This document shows, one piece after another, positions 21,665 to 31,891 of a stretch of 64,000 nt of DNA; the first letter of the stretch is position 1, and every line of letters begins with the position of its first letter. A model generated the notes under the pieces. That model was not told the DNA's origin, did no database searches, and saw only the letters and a program-made list of their open reading frames with translations. The stretch covers positions 224,001 through 288,000 of the forward strand of contig JAVJQW010000018.1 in the NCBI GenBank assembly GCA_040218735.1. Reading direction: 5' to 3'. The stretch is from Deltaproteobacteria bacterium. GTDB taxonomy: Bacteria > Myxococcota > Kuafuiibacteriia > Kuafuiibacteriales > Kuafuiibacteriaceae. A program made the translations under genes and the position numbers.

Positions 21665-23203
21665 ATGACCACCACCGAGTCGGACCTGAGGCAGCACGTC
21701 GAGACCGTCGAGAAGGGCGGCGCCGAGAAGTACCACGAGAAGAACACGGCCGTCGGGAAGCTGTTCTGCCGCGAGCGCATCAAGCGGCTCCTGGATCCGG
21801 ATCAGCCGGACTGGGTCGAGGACGGGCTGCTCGTGAACGTGCTCGCGGGCGGGCTGCCCGCGGACGGTGTCGTGACCGGCGTGGGTCGGGTGCACGGTCG
21901 ACCGGTCGCGATCATGGCGAACGACTCGACGGTGAAGGCCGGCTCGTGGGGCAAGCGCACGGTGGAGAAGATCGTGCGCATCCAGGAGCAGGCGCTGCGC
22001 CACAAGATGCCGTTGATCTACCTCGTCGACTCGGCGGGGGCGCGCATCACGGATCAGGTCGAGATGTTCCCGGGGCGGCGCCACGCGGGGCGCATCTTCC
22101 ACAACCAGTGCAGGCTGTCGGGTTACGTGCCGCAGCTGTGCTTGCTGTTCGGTCCGTCGGCGGCGGGCGGCGCGTACATCCCGGCGTTCTGCGACCAGGT
22201 CTTCATGGTGAAGGGCAACGCGTCGATGTACCTCGGCTCGCCGCGCATGGCGAAGATGGTCATCAACGAGGACGTGACACTCGAGGAGATGGGCGGCGCG
22301 AAGATGCACTGCTCGACGTCCGGCTGCGGAGACCTGCTCGCGAAGGACGAGGACGAGGCGCTCACCGCGGCGCGCGATTATCTGTCGTACATGCCGTCGT
22401 ACTGGGAGGACCACCCGGTGGACCAACCGGCGCGCGCGCCGAAGACGGACCCGTCCGAGATCGCCGGGTTGATTCCGGAGTCCGAGAACAAGCCGTTCGA
22501 CATGTTCACGGTGATCGACGGGATCGTGGACGAGGGTTCCTTCTTCGAGCTCAAGAAGCGCTTCGCGAAGGAGCTGATCACGGGCTTCGCGCGCCTCGAC
22601 GGGCGGGTGATCGGCGTGGTCGCGAATCAGCCGAAGTACAAGGGCGGCGTGTTGTTCGTGGACAGCGCGGACAAGGCGGCGCGCTTCGTGTGGCTGTGCG
22701 ATGCGTTCAACATCCCGCTGCTGTTCCTCGCGGACGTGCCGGGGTTCATGATCGGATCGGCGGTCGAGAAGCAGGGCATCATTCGGCACGGCGCCAAGAT
22801 GATCAACGCGATCTCCGAGGCGACGGTCCCGAAGTTCTGCGTCGTCGTGCGCAAGGCCTACGGGGCGGGGCTGTACGCGATGTGCGGACCGGGCTTCGAG
22901 CCGGACGCGACGCTGGCGTTCCCGTCCGCGAGCATCGCGGTGATGGGGCCGCAGGCGGCGGTCAACGCGGTGTACGCGAACAAGATCGCGGAGCAGCCGG
23001 AGGACGAGCGCGAGGCGTTCGTCGAGCGGCTGCGCGCGGAGTACCGCGAGGACATCGACATCGTGAAGCTCGCGTCCGAGAACGTCATCGAGGGGATCGT
23101 GGAGCCGGCGCAGCTACGCGGTGAGCTGACCCGTCGCCTCGCGTACGCGGACAACAAGGAGCGCGACGTGATCGTGAAGCGCCGCAGCGTGGTCCCGGTG
23201 TGA
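21665..23203 (+). CDS. Acyl-CoA carboxylase carboxyltransferase (beta) subunit
   Basis: ADGVVTGVG, ANDSTVKAGSWG, DSAGAR, AAGGAY, DVPGFMIG, RKAYGAG. Confidence 0.95.
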   Translation: MTTTESDLRQHVETVEKGGAEKYHEKNTAVGKLFCRERIKRLLDPDQPDWVEDGLLVNVLAGGLPADGVVTGVGRVHGRPVAIMANDSTVKAGSWGKRTVEKIVRIQEQALRHKMPLIYLVDSAGARITDQVEMFPGRRHAGRIFHNQCRLSGYVPQLCLLFGPSAAGGAYIPAFCDQVFMVKGNASMYLGSPRMAKMVINEDVTLEEMGGAKMHCSTSGCGDLLAKDEDEALTAARDYLSYMPSYWEDHPVDQPARAPKTDPSEIAGLIPESENKPFDMFTVIDGIVDEGSFFELKKRFAKELITGFARLDGRVIGVVANQPKYKGGVLFVDSADKAARFVWLCDAFNIPLLFLADVPGFMIGSAVEKQGIIRHGAKMINAISEATVPKFCVVVRKAYGAGLYAMCGPGFEPDATLAFPSASIAVMGPQAAVNAVYANKIAEQPEDEREAFVERLRAEYREDIDIVKLASENVIEGIVEPAQLRGELTRRLAYADNKERDVIVKRRSVVPV

Positions 23204-24813
23204 AACGTCGCCGCGTCCTCGCCGCCATCGCGGTCGCGGTCGCGGTGGCGGCCTTCGTGTGGTCGAGGGACGAGGCGCCGGTGGGTGCGCCGGCGTCGCC
23301 ACCGTACGTCACGATCTTCATGGTCGACGGCCTGTCGCGCTCCGTCTTCGCGGAGGAGCTCGCGGCGGGGAACCTGCCGAACGTGCAGCGCCTGATCGAC
23401 GACGGCATCTATGTCGAACGGGGGGTCTCTTCGTTCCCGTCGATGACCGGCTACGGCTTTTGGCCCCTGCAGACCGGCGAGGACGCCGTGGTCAGCGGTG
23501 TGCTCGGCCTGCGGTGGCTGGACCGCGAGCGTGCGCAAGGCAACTTTCGAAGCTACGTGGGGAGCACGAACGTCGAGATGAACCTCGACCTCGTGCCGGA
23601 GCCGAAGACCGTCTTCGAACGGTTTGGCGACGCGCACAGCATGACGATCAACTCGTACAACAACCGCGGTGCGGTGCACTCCGTGAAGACCGGGTTCAAG
23701 TTCACCGCGGCGAAGTACGAAGGGCACTGGTGGGTCGCCGATCTCCTGGAGGCGATCCCCGTGTTCGAGGAGGAGCTGTCCCCGACCTGGGAGGAGGTCG
23801 AGCGGTACGCGGTTGATCTCCTCGTGGCTGATCTCGCGAATGGTCCGAAGGTGCAGTGGGTGACCTTCGTCTCGCCGGACACCTACGCGCACGTGAACGG
23901 TCTCGGGCCGGAGTACCCGGGGCTGGTGCGGATGGTCGATGGGATGGTGGGGCGGTACCGCGAAGCGGCCGCGGCGCGCGGCGTCGATGACGACCGGATC
24001 TACCTGTTCGTCTCGGACCACGGCGTCGAGAGCCTCGACCGAAACGTGCAGCTCGTGGACGAGCTCGGCGCGCGCGGCGTGCGCGCGTGGCGCGGGGAGG
24101 CGACGGTGCTGCTGTCGACGGGGGCGTTGGACACACTTCAGGCCTTCGCCGAGTACGACGTCGTCATGGCCATCAACGGGAACCTGATGAGCTACCTGTA
24201 CGTCCGGAGCCCTTCGGGGTGGGCGACGGCGCCGACGCTGCAGGACATGCGGTCCTACGCCGGCAAGGACCTCGTCGCGGAGCTGCTCGAGATCGAAGGC
24301 ATCGAACACGTCATCGCGCGTGACGGCGCGGACGTTCGGGTGTTTGCGTCCGACGGCGTCGCGACGATCGCGACGTCGAGCACCGGGTTCAGATACCGAT
24401 TCGAAGGCGAGGATCCTTTCGGGTACGCGGCGGATGAACGTGCGGCGCCGCTGGTCGGTGGTGGGTTTCACGACGCGCGCGCGTGGATCGAAGCCACCGC
24501 AGAGACTCCGTTCCCCTACGGGACGGTGCGCGTCGCGCGCCTGATGGCGCAGCCCGGCGCGGGGGATCTCGTCGTGACCAGCGCGCCTGGCTACGACCTC
24601 GCGAAGGACTACGAGATGTTCGTCGGCAACTATCGCGGCGGGCACGGCGGGCTACGTGCGGATCAGATCCTCGTGCCGTACGTGATCGCAGGGCCGGGTG
24701 TCCCGAAGGCGCGGCGTTTCGGAACCGCAGCCGTCGAAGACGTCGGTGCGACGCTCCTCGAGGCGCTCGGCGAGGCGCCCGCCGCCGTGGCCGGGCGCTC
24801 GCTGCTTCGGTAG
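23200..24813 (+). CDS. Alkaline phosphatase superfamily protein (type I phosphodiesterase / nucleotide pyrophosphatase)
   Basis: VDGL, FPSMT, PDTYAH, VSDHG, GGHG; N-terminal anchor; GTGA overlap. Confidence 0.85.
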   Translation: MKRRRVLAAIAVAVAVAAFVWSRDEAPVGAPASPPYVTIFMVDGLSRSVFAEELAAGNLPNVQRLIDDGIYVERGVSSFPSMTGYGFWPLQTGEDAVVSGVLGLRWLDRERAQGNFRSYVGSTNVEMNLDLVPEPKTVFERFGDAHSMTINSYNNRGAVHSVKTGFKFTAAKYEGHWWVADLLEAIPVFEEELSPTWEEVERYAVDLLVADLANGPKVQWVTFVSPDTYAHVNGLGPEYPGLVRMVDGMVGRYREAAAARGVDDDRIYLFVSDHGVESLDRNVQLVDELGARGVRAWRGEATVLLSTGALDTLQAFAEYDVVMAINGNLMSYLYVRSPSGWATAPTLQDMRSYAGKDLVAELLEIEGIEHVIARDGADVRVFASDGVATIATSSTGFRYRFEGEDPFGYAADERAAPLVGGGFHDARAWIEATAETPFPYGTVRVARLMAQPGAGDLVVTSAPGYDLAKDYEMFVGNYRGGHGGLRADQILVPYVIAGPGVPKARRFGTAAVEDVGATLLEALGEAPAAVAGRSLLR

Positions 24814-24884
24814 ACGTCGCGATCTTCGATCTCGATTGCGCGCGGCGACGGTGCGGTCTAGGGTGGCCGGGAGGGTTCGCCCCG

Positions 24885-25352
24885 ATGACGACCGACACCG
24901 AGAGCGACATCGACCCGAGGCAGGTCCTCAAGGAGTACGTGTCGAAGAACGGCCTGAAGCTCACGCGCCAGCGCGAGCTGATCGCCGAGGTCTTCTTCGC
25001 GGCCGGGGCGCACCTATCCGCCGAGGAGATGCTCGAGAAGGTGCGCGCCGAGGACGGCAACATCTCCCTCGCGACCGTCTACCGGACGCTGAAGCTCCTC
25101 ACGCAGTGTGGGCTCGCCGAGCCGCACAAGTTCTCGGACAACCACACGGTGTACGAGCCGGCGCGCGGCGACGAAGAGCACCACGATCACATCATCTGCA
25201 AGGACTGCGACCAGATCATCGAGTTCTTCGACGAGCGCATCGAGACGCTGCAGGAAGAGATCGCGCGCGGGTTGGGGTTCGAGGTCGTCGACCACCGCAT
25301 GGAGCTCTACGGGCGCTGCCAGAAGGAAGACTGCCCGAACAAGAAGGCCTGA
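24885..25352 (+). CDS. Fur-family transcriptional regulator
   Basis: LTRQR, HLSAEE, ISLATVYRTL, HHDHIICKDC, H.MELYG.C. Confidence 0.93.
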   Translation: MTTDTESDIDPRQVLKEYVSKNGLKLTRQRELIAEVFFAAGAHLSAEEMLEKVRAEDGNISLATVYRTLKLLTQCGLAEPHKFSDNHTVYEPARGDEEHHDHIICKDCDQIIEFFDERIETLQEEIARGLGFEVVDHRMELYGRCQKEDCPNKKA

Positions 25353-25366
25353 GCGGCCGGGCGGCG

Positions 25367-26440
25367 ATGGCCGTGGGCACCTCGGATCTGATCGCCCCGC
25401 GACGTGTGTGCCCGCGCTGCTTCGCGGTGTACCGCGCCGGGTTCACGCGGTGTCCGGTCGACGGCACCGAGCTCGAGACACTCGAACGTGACCACTTGCT
25501 GGGGGTGATGCTCTCCGGGACGTACGTCGTGGAGGCGTTGCTCGGGGAGGGGGCGATCGGGCGGGTGTATCGCGCGCGCCACGCGCTGTTGTCGCGGGAG
25601 TTCGCGGTGAAGGTGATGTTCGGCGACGTCGCGGCGAACGAGATCACGCGCCAGCGCTTCGTCCGCGAGGCGGAGGCCGCGAGCCGGCTGACCCACGACA
25701 ACATCGTGGGGCTCGTCGACTTCGGTCAGACGAAGGCGGGGCTGTTGTACATCGTCATGGACCTCATCGACGGCGAGACGCTCGAGGCGCTCGTCGAACG
25801 CGAGGGTCCGCTCCCGGAGGCGACGGCGGCGCGCTACGCCGCGCAGCTGCTGCGTGCGCTTCAGTACGCGCACGACAGCGGCGTGATCCACCGCGACCTG
25901 AAGCCGGCGAACATCGTCGTCGAGCGGCACGGCGCGGTGCGCGTCTTGGACTTCGGCGTCGCCTACGTGATCGATCCGGGCACCGAGGAGCGGGAGCGTC
26001 TGACCAAGTCGGGGTGTGTGGTCGGCACGCCGCTGTTCATGGCGCCAGAGCAGGCCTTCGGCCGCGACGTCACGGCGTCGTCGGATCTCTACAGCGTCGG
26101 CGTGGTGCTCTACTACCTCGTCGCGGGCGTCACGCCGTTCGACGCGAGCGCGATGACCCTCGCGCAGCTGATGCTGAAGGACCGCCTCCCCCCGATCGCG
26201 GAGCGCGCGCCGGACGTCGTGGTGAGCGACCACCTGCTCGGTGTGATCGACGCGCTGACCGCGCGCGACCCGAAGGACCGCCCGGCCTCCGCCGCCGAGG
26301 CGCTGGCGATGCTGCAGGGGACGCAGGATCTGATGGCGGAGGAAGTCGTCGTCGAGGCGCCGCGGCAGTGGCCGATCGTCCTGGGCGCGATCGCGTTTGT
26401 CCTCGCCGGTGCGATCTTGGTGTTCGCGCTGCTGTCGTAG
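25367..26440 (+). CDS. Ser/Thr protein kinase with N-terminal Cys ribbon and C-terminal TM
   Basis: CPRC...CPVDG; GEGAIG, HRDLKPAN, DFG, MAPE. Confidence 0.92.
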   Translation: MAVGTSDLIAPRRVCPRCFAVYRAGFTRCPVDGTELETLERDHLLGVMLSGTYVVEALLGEGAIGRVYRARHALLSREFAVKVMFGDVAANEITRQRFVREAEAASRLTHDNIVGLVDFGQTKAGLLYIVMDLIDGETLEALVEREGPLPEATAARYAAQLLRALQYAHDSGVIHRDLKPANIVVERHGAVRVLDFGVAYVIDPGTEERERLTKSGCVVGTPLFMAPEQAFGRDVTASSDLYSVGVVLYYLVAGVTPFDASAMTLAQLMLKDRLPPIAERAPDVVVSDHLLGVIDALTARDPKDRPASAAEALAMLQGTQDLMAEEVVVEAPRQWPIVLGAIAFVLAGAILVFALLS

Positions 26441-26447
26441 CTGCGCG

Positions 26448-27521
26448 TCAGACGAACCGCTGCGCCACGATCAGCACGACGGCCGCCAGGACGCCCGCGA
26501 CCACATCGTCGAGCATGATGCCGGCGGGGTTCTTCATCTTCGTATCGATCCAGCCCACGGGGCCGGGCTTCGCGATGTCGAAGAAGCGGAAGAGCACAAA
26601 CGCGGCGATGACCCACGGCCAGGACCAGGGGACGACGACCAGCGCGATGAGGACGCCGATGTACTCGTCGAAGACGACCTCGCTCGGGTCGAGGTCTTCG
26701 GTGTCGCCGGCGCAGTAGCGGTAGGCGACCAGGATCGACAGCGCCGTGAGCACGACGACGACCGCGCCGCGGACGACGGGCGAGTAGTCGGCGATGAACC
26801 ACGCGAGGGGGAGGGCGGTCACCGCGCCGACGGTGCCGGAGCCGCGCGGGGTGTAACCGGCGCCCGCGCAGGTGCAGACGTCGGCGGAGAGGCGGCCGGA
26901 GATGGCGCCGGCGAGTCCGACCTCCGCGATGCGTCGAGCGCGGATCTCGAGGATCGGGCGCACACACCACGCCGCCACCGGCGCCGTCGCCGCGAGCGCG
27001 AGGCCGAACGTCAGCGCCGGCGACGTCGGGCCGAGGAGCGCCGCGGCGATCGCAAACGCGCTCACGCCGAGGAGCGGGAACAGCGACCGCATGAAGAACG
27101 CGGCGATTGTTGCGGGCGCGGCGAGCCCGACGATGACGGCGAGGTCGGCCGCGTCGACCGAACGCGGCGCCAGCTCCAGGGCGCCGAAGAATATCAGCAC
27201 CGCGACGCACCACCCGATCGCCGGCGACCACGCGTCGACCGCCTCCGAGCGCTCCACCTCACGACGCGACAGCTCCGAGACGATCCCCAACACGATCGCG
27301 AGCAGCGCGCCGGACAGCCAGGCCATCGGCGTAAGCATCAGCCCGTACGCGACGCCGCCCACCACCGCGAGCGCGGCGGCGACGTACCGCGGGACGTCGC
27401 GCAGGACGAAGCCGCCGAGCGCGCCGACCTCCAGCGCGAGCCAGCCGTCGGCGCCGGTGAGCGTCGCCACGAAGAAGGCGAGCATCCCGCCGCCTGCGGC
27501 TGCGCCGAGCGTCGCGCCCAT
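26448..27521 (-). CDS. pgpA: Phosphatidylglycerophosphatase A fused to an N-terminal multi-TM domain
   Basis: C-terminal SGTVG, DPSEVVFDE, FRFFDIAKP, GIMLDDVVAG; about 200 aa extra hydrophobic N-terminus; TGATG overlap with the MMPL gene. Confidence 0.8.
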   Translation of the reverse strand: MGATLGAAAGGGMLAFFVATLTGADGWLALEVGALGGFVLRDVPRYVAAALAVVGGVAYGLMLTPMAWLSGALLAIVLGIVSELSRREVERSEAVDAWSPAIGWCVAVLIFFGALELAPRSVDAADLAVIVGLAAPATIAAFFMRSLFPLLGVSAFAIAAALLGPTSPALTFGLALAATAPVAAWCVRPILEIRARRIAEVGLAGAISGRLSADVCTCAGAGYTPRGSGTVGAVTALPLAWFIADYSPVVRGAVVVVLTALSILVAYRYCAGDTEDLDPSEVVFDEYIGVLIALVVVPWSWPWVIAAFVLFRFFDIAKPGPVGWIDTKMKNPAGIMLDDVVAGVLAAVVLIVAQRFV

Positions 27522-29947
27522 CAGCTCGCCTTGGGTCGTTGGAGGAGACCGATCAGGGAGGTGAGCCAGAGGAGCGACGCCACCACGATCATGCCGAGGC
27601 CGAACAGCGCGACCGCGCCGAACGAGTTCAGGCCGGGGTGGTGCGCGAGGAGCAGCGCGCCGAAGCCTGCGGCGGTGGTGAGCGAGGCGCCCCACACCGC
27701 GCGCCCGGTTTCGCTGAGCGCGTCGACGATGTCGCCGCCCGCGAAGACCCCGCGCGTCACGAGGTGCACGCCGGCGTCGACCGCCATCCCGAACAACACC
27801 GGGAGGATCACGATGTTGAGGTAGTTGAGCTTCACGCCGCTCGCGGCGACCAACCCGAACGTGCCGATCACCGTGAGCAGCGCGGGGAGGATGCAGAAGA
27901 TTGCGAGCTTCAGTCGCCCGAGCAGCACCCACATCGCGAGGAACACCAACACCACCGTGAGGGACACGACGATCGGCGACTCACGCAGCACCATCCGCAA
28001 CACGTCCGCGAGCACCATGCCCTCGCCCGCGGCCGACACCGTCTTGCCGCTCGGGAGCGGGATGCCGCGCACCTCGTCGGAGAGGGCGAGGACTGCGCGG
28101 CCATCGCTGTTGCTCACGTTCGGGAACACGAGGATGACGCCACTCCCGGAGAACGAACGACGCACGTCGATCGGGAGGTCTTCGAACGCGAAGGGTTCGC
28201 CCTTCGACATCTTCACGAGCTCGTCGAAGCGTGTCTTGTCGTCCCCCTCCAACGCGTCGGCCGGGACCTTCGCGAGGATGTCGCCGAGCTCTTCGAGCGC
28301 CTCTTGTTTGGCGTCCTGGTCGGCCGGGACCACGTCGCCCGACGCGATGACGAAGTCGACGCCGGTCTTCTCGGCCTTCTCCATCCGCTCGCGCAGCGCG
28401 GCGACCGCGGCCTCCTCCTCTTCGCGCGAGTCGACGAAGACGATCGTCGGCGACTGCACGTGCCCGAGGAGCTCGTCGACGACCTTGTCGAGCGCGTAGG
28501 CCGGGATGTCGCCGCCCTCCAGCGTCTTGAAGTCGTAGTCGAACTGCACGCCGAGCCCGAAGATCGCGAGGCCGATCGTGAGGACCGTGGTCGCTCCGAA
28601 CACGAGCGGCGCCTTCTTCAGCACCCACCCCGTGAGCGGGAACGGGACGCCGCCGGAGGCTTCGCGCTTGAGGAAGCGGCCCAGGAGGCCGAGCAGCGCG
28701 GGGAGCGTCGTGAGGTACGAGATCACCACGAGCACGATCCCGAGCCCTGCGATCACGCCGAACTCGTGGAACGCGCGGAACTCCGAGATCGCCAGCCCCG
28801 AGAACCCGACCGCGGTCGTGATGCCCGCGAGCGCGACGCCGCGGCCCGTGCCGCGGAAGGTGATGCGAACCGCGTCCTCGCTCGAGAGGCCCCGCGCGCG
28901 CTCGTGTTGGTAGCGGCCGAGGAGGTGGATGCCGTTGTCGATGCCGAGCCCGAGCAGGATCGCGCCGACGAACGCCGTGAGGATGTTGAGCGTCGGGAAG
29001 AACAACGCGGTGATGCCGAGCAGCACCACGAGGCCGATGCCCAACGGTGTGAGTAGCAGGACCACGGCGGAGAGCCGGCGGAAGTGCACCACGATGTAGA
29101 GGACGAGCAGCAGCACCGCGACGAGTGAGGTGGTGCCGAGGTCGCCTTCGATCGTCGACAGCTGCTCGATGCGTTTCTTGTAGCGCCCGCCGAGCTCGAT
29201 CTTCGTGACGCCGTACTTGCTACCGTCGAACGCGTCGACGGTGGCTTCGACCTCCGCCATCACCTTCTTCGTGAACGCGAAGTCCGACGCACGTTTCATC
29301 GGGCGGACGAAGATCAGGAGCAGCTTGCCGTCGTCCGAGACGTAGTGGGTCTGGCTTCCCGACCGCGGGCCGCCGAGGCTTCGTTTCAATGGACTGCGCT
29401 TCTCTTCGAGGTGGGAGAAGTCGAGCGACGGTTTGCCTTCGTCGGCGATGTCGACGAGCAGCGGGTTGGCTTCCTTCTTGTGCCAGCGGATCGTCTCGTC
29501 GATTCGGTCTTGGATCTCTTCGATGTCCTCGACCTCGAGGAAGTACAGCGCGCGCTCCTTGAAGAAAGAGTCGGCGCGGCGGTGGTTGACGAAGTCGACG
29601 GTCTCGAGCTTCTCGAGCTCGACCGCGAGATCGTCCGCGTACTTTTCGAGCTGACGCGGGTCTTCGCCGTGCGCGACGACGACGACGTTACCGACGACGC
29701 CGAAGCGCTTGCGGAGCGCTTCGAGGCTCTTGACCGACGGGAAAGTCTCGGGGAGCAGCGCCACGAGATCGGTGTCGAGGCGCAAGCGCGTCGCGCTCAT
29801 GCCGCCGACGCCGACGAGCACCGCCGCGACGAGCAGCGTGATGAACGGGTGCCGATGACAGCGCGGCGCGATCCAGCTCGTGAGGGCCTCGAATCGGCGG
29901 GCGATCGGGCCGATGTCGTCGACCTCCGTCGTGGCTCGACCGCTCAT
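27521..29947 (-). CDS. MMPL/RND-family transporter
   Basis: Duplicated TM halves with GLGIDNGIH and GMAVDAGVH, TTAVGF/TTAAGF. Confidence 0.92.
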   Translation of the reverse strand: MSGRATTEVDDIGPIARRFEALTSWIAPRCHRHPFITLLVAAVLVGVGGMSATRLRLDTDLVALLPETFPSVKSLEALRKRFGVVGNVVVVAHGEDPRQLEKYADDLAVELEKLETVDFVNHRRADSFFKERALYFLEVEDIEEIQDRIDETIRWHKKEANPLLVDIADEGKPSLDFSHLEEKRSPLKRSLGGPRSGSQTHYVSDDGKLLLIFVRPMKRASDFAFTKKVMAEVEATVDAFDGSKYGVTKIELGGRYKKRIEQLSTIEGDLGTTSLVAVLLLVLYIVVHFRRLSAVVLLLTPLGIGLVVLLGITALFFPTLNILTAFVGAILLGLGIDNGIHLLGRYQHERARGLSSEDAVRITFRGTGRGVALAGITTAVGFSGLAISEFRAFHEFGVIAGLGIVLVVISYLTTLPALLGLLGRFLKREASGGVPFPLTGWVLKKAPLVFGATTVLTIGLAIFGLGVQFDYDFKTLEGGDIPAYALDKVVDELLGHVQSPTIVFVDSREEEEAAVAALRERMEKAEKTGVDFVIASGDVVPADQDAKQEALEELGDILAKVPADALEGDDKTRFDELVKMSKGEPFAFEDLPIDVRRSFSGSGVILVFPNVSNSDGRAVLALSDEVRGIPLPSGKTVSAAGEGMVLADVLRMVLRESPIVVSLTVVLVFLAMWVLLGRLKLAIFCILPALLTVIGTFGLVAASGVKLNYLNIVILPVLFGMAVDAGVHLVTRGVFAGGDIVDALSETGRAVWGASLTTAAGFGALLLAHHPGLNSFGAVALFGLGMIVVASLLWLTSLIGLLQRPKAS

Positions 29948-29997
29948 GGTGTGGCGAAGCCAACCACAGTGCGCAGGGCGTGTAAAAGCGACACGGC

Positions 29998-30948
29998 CTA
30001 CTCGTCAGTGAGGGTTATCTCGACGATCCCGGGGATGCGCTTCTTGGTGCCGCGCTCCTCGAGCACCCCGCGGAACGTGTACGTCACGGGGTTGCCGACG
30101 ATGCCCTTGATGACGCCGCCGAGGATGGCGCCGCGGTCCTCGATGGGCGCGAAGCGCTGCAGGAGCTTGGTCGTGGTCAGACGCCACTCCCCCTTGTCGC
30201 CCTTCACCATGGCCCGCCACCGGTCACCTTTGCGGTTCACCTGGGCGCGGCTGACGGTCGAGCGCCCGAAGCCGCCGGCCTCGTGCCAGCCGACCGGGGA
30301 TCCCGACTTCGGGAAGCGCACCACCATCACGCGCGGATCGTCGCCGCCGACGGCGCGGAAGCGCAGCCACTTCTTGGCGAGTGTGCTCGGGAGGATCTTG
30401 CTCCGCGAGTGGTCGGCGTAGCCGTGTCCCTTCAGCGTGCGCTTGGGGCCGGCGACGTCGAGCGTGACCTCGGCGTCGGACCAGAGGAGGAGGGTGTCGA
30501 GCTGATAGAAGTCGTCGCCGACGTTCGCCTCCATCGCGCGCTTCCGCTCCGGGTTCTTCTTCAGGCGGATCTCGACGTTCCCGTCCGGTGTCTTCGTGCT
30601 GAGCGTCAGGCCGCCCGCGCTCGTCGCGACGCAGTCGCCGATCTTCAGGGATTTCTTCGCGGCGTCGTACGCCCAAGCGTCCCGCTCGACGACGACCTCG
30701 CCCTTGTGCAGCTTGCCGGACCGATCGATGACCGCGAACCGGCAGGCGCCCTTGCCGTCGCCCGGCCCGACGTTCGACACGCCGAAGGTCGCGGTCGCGT
30801 AGGTGCCGTCGTCGAGGTCCACCATCACGCTGACCTGTTCGGTGTAGGTCTCGGCGCCAATCTGGGAGAAGGCGAGGGGTGCGTCGGCCGCGGCGGCGGT
30901 CGAGGCGGCCGCGAACGAAGCGGCCAGGGCAGTCAGAACGAGCCTCAT
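29998..30948 (-). CDS. Secreted beta-rich protein, possibly AttH/CrtC-like lipocalin fold
   Basis: Signal peptide; KGHGYADHS resembles the G-x-G-[YW]-x-D-H motif. Fold is inferred. Confidence 0.6.
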   Translation of the reverse strand: MRLVLTALAASFAAASTAAAADAPLAFSQIGAETYTEQVSVMVDLDDGTYATATFGVSNVGPGDGKGACRFAVIDRSGKLHKGEVVVERDAWAYDAAKKSLKIGDCVATSAGGLTLSTKTPDGNVEIRLKKNPERKRAMEANVGDDFYQLDTLLLWSDAEVTLDVAGPKRTLKGHGYADHSRSKILPSTLAKKWLRFRAVGGDDPRVMVVRFPKSGSPVGWHEAGGFGRSTVSRAQVNRKGDRWRAMVKGDKGEWRLTTTKLLQRFAPIEDRGAILGGVIKGIVGNPVTYTFRGVLEERGTKKRIPGIVEITLTDE

Positions 30949-31052
30949 ACGCGGAACCTAACACGACCCGCCACAGGGGGATTCCGGCTGTGATGGCGAC
31001 GACTTTCGTCGGCTGGCCAACGCGGTGCGGCGACACTAGACTCCCCGGCCTG

Positions 31053-31889
31053 GTGCGACGCCTCTTCGTTTTCGGTCTCGCGTTTGCGCTCGTCCATTGC
31101 TCCGGCGGGGACGAGGGCGATGACGACTCGACGTTCGTCCCGCTCGACGCGCGCCCCGCCTACGACGGCGGCCCCGGCGCACGCGACGCCGGAGAGCCAC
31201 CGGCCGATTCGGGCGTCGTCGACGGCGGCGAAGCCCGGGACGCCGGCGAAGGCGATCGCGACGGCGGCGTGGTCGACGGCGGCGCGCGCGACGGCGGTGT
31301 CGAGCGCGACGCAGGTTCGCACGACGCCGGTCCGCGTGACGCGGGCGCGCCGCGCGACGCCGGCCCACCGCGCGACGCCGGCCCGCCGCGCGACGCGGGT
31401 CCGCCCCGTGACGCCGGTCCACCGCGGGACGGCGGACCGCGCGACGGCGGCGCGCTGCCGCAGGTCGCCAACGAAACCGACGCGCCCGAGGAGTGCGACT
31501 ACTGCAACCTCCAGTTCCCGTCGACGCTCACCGTGAACGCGGGCGTCGCGTCCGACCCGATCTACGCGCAGATCTACGAGCTCGGGGAGACGGAGGCGGC
31601 GGGCCCCGGCGCCAACGTCATCGCGCAAATCGGCTATGGCCCCGCCGGCACCGACCCGCGCACGTCGACCGCTTGGGACTGGCAGGCGGCGAGCTTCAAC
31701 GTGAACGTCGGCAACAACGACGAGTACGACGGCTCGTTCACGGTCGCGACGCCGGGGAGTTATCTGTACACCGCGCGCTTCTCGCTCGATGGCGGGCTGT
31801 CGTTCACCTACGCCGACCTCGATGGCGCCGGCTCGAACGGTGGCCTGGACTTCTCGCTCGCGCAGCTCGGGCAGCTCACGGTGAACTGA
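31053..31889 (+). CDS. RDAG-repeat lipoprotein with C-terminal beta-sandwich (carbohydrate-binding-like) domain
   Basis: Signal ending ALVHC, RDAGPP repeats, C-terminal NLQFP...IYAQIY...AQIGYGP...GNNDEY...RFSLDGG. Confidence 0.75.
   Translation: MRRLFVFGLAFALVHCSGGDEGDDDSTFVPLDARPAYDGGPGARDAGEPPADSGVVDGGEARDAGEGDRDGGVVDGGARDGGVERDAGSHDAGPRDAGAPRDAGPPRDAGPPRDAGPPRDAGPPRDGGPRDGGALPQVANETDAPEECDYCNLQFPSTLTVNAGVASDPIYAQIYELGETEAAGPGANVIAQIGYGPAGTDPRTSTAWDWQAASFNVNVGNNDEYDGSFTVATPGSYLYTARFSLDGGLSFTYADLDGAGSNGGLDFSLAQLGQLTVN
31335..31451 (+). repeat. 18-bp coding tandem repeat (RDAGPP)
   Basis: Five full CGCGACGCCGGCCCACCG-like units plus two shortened RDGG units. Confidence 0.85.
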
Positions 31890-31891
31890 CC

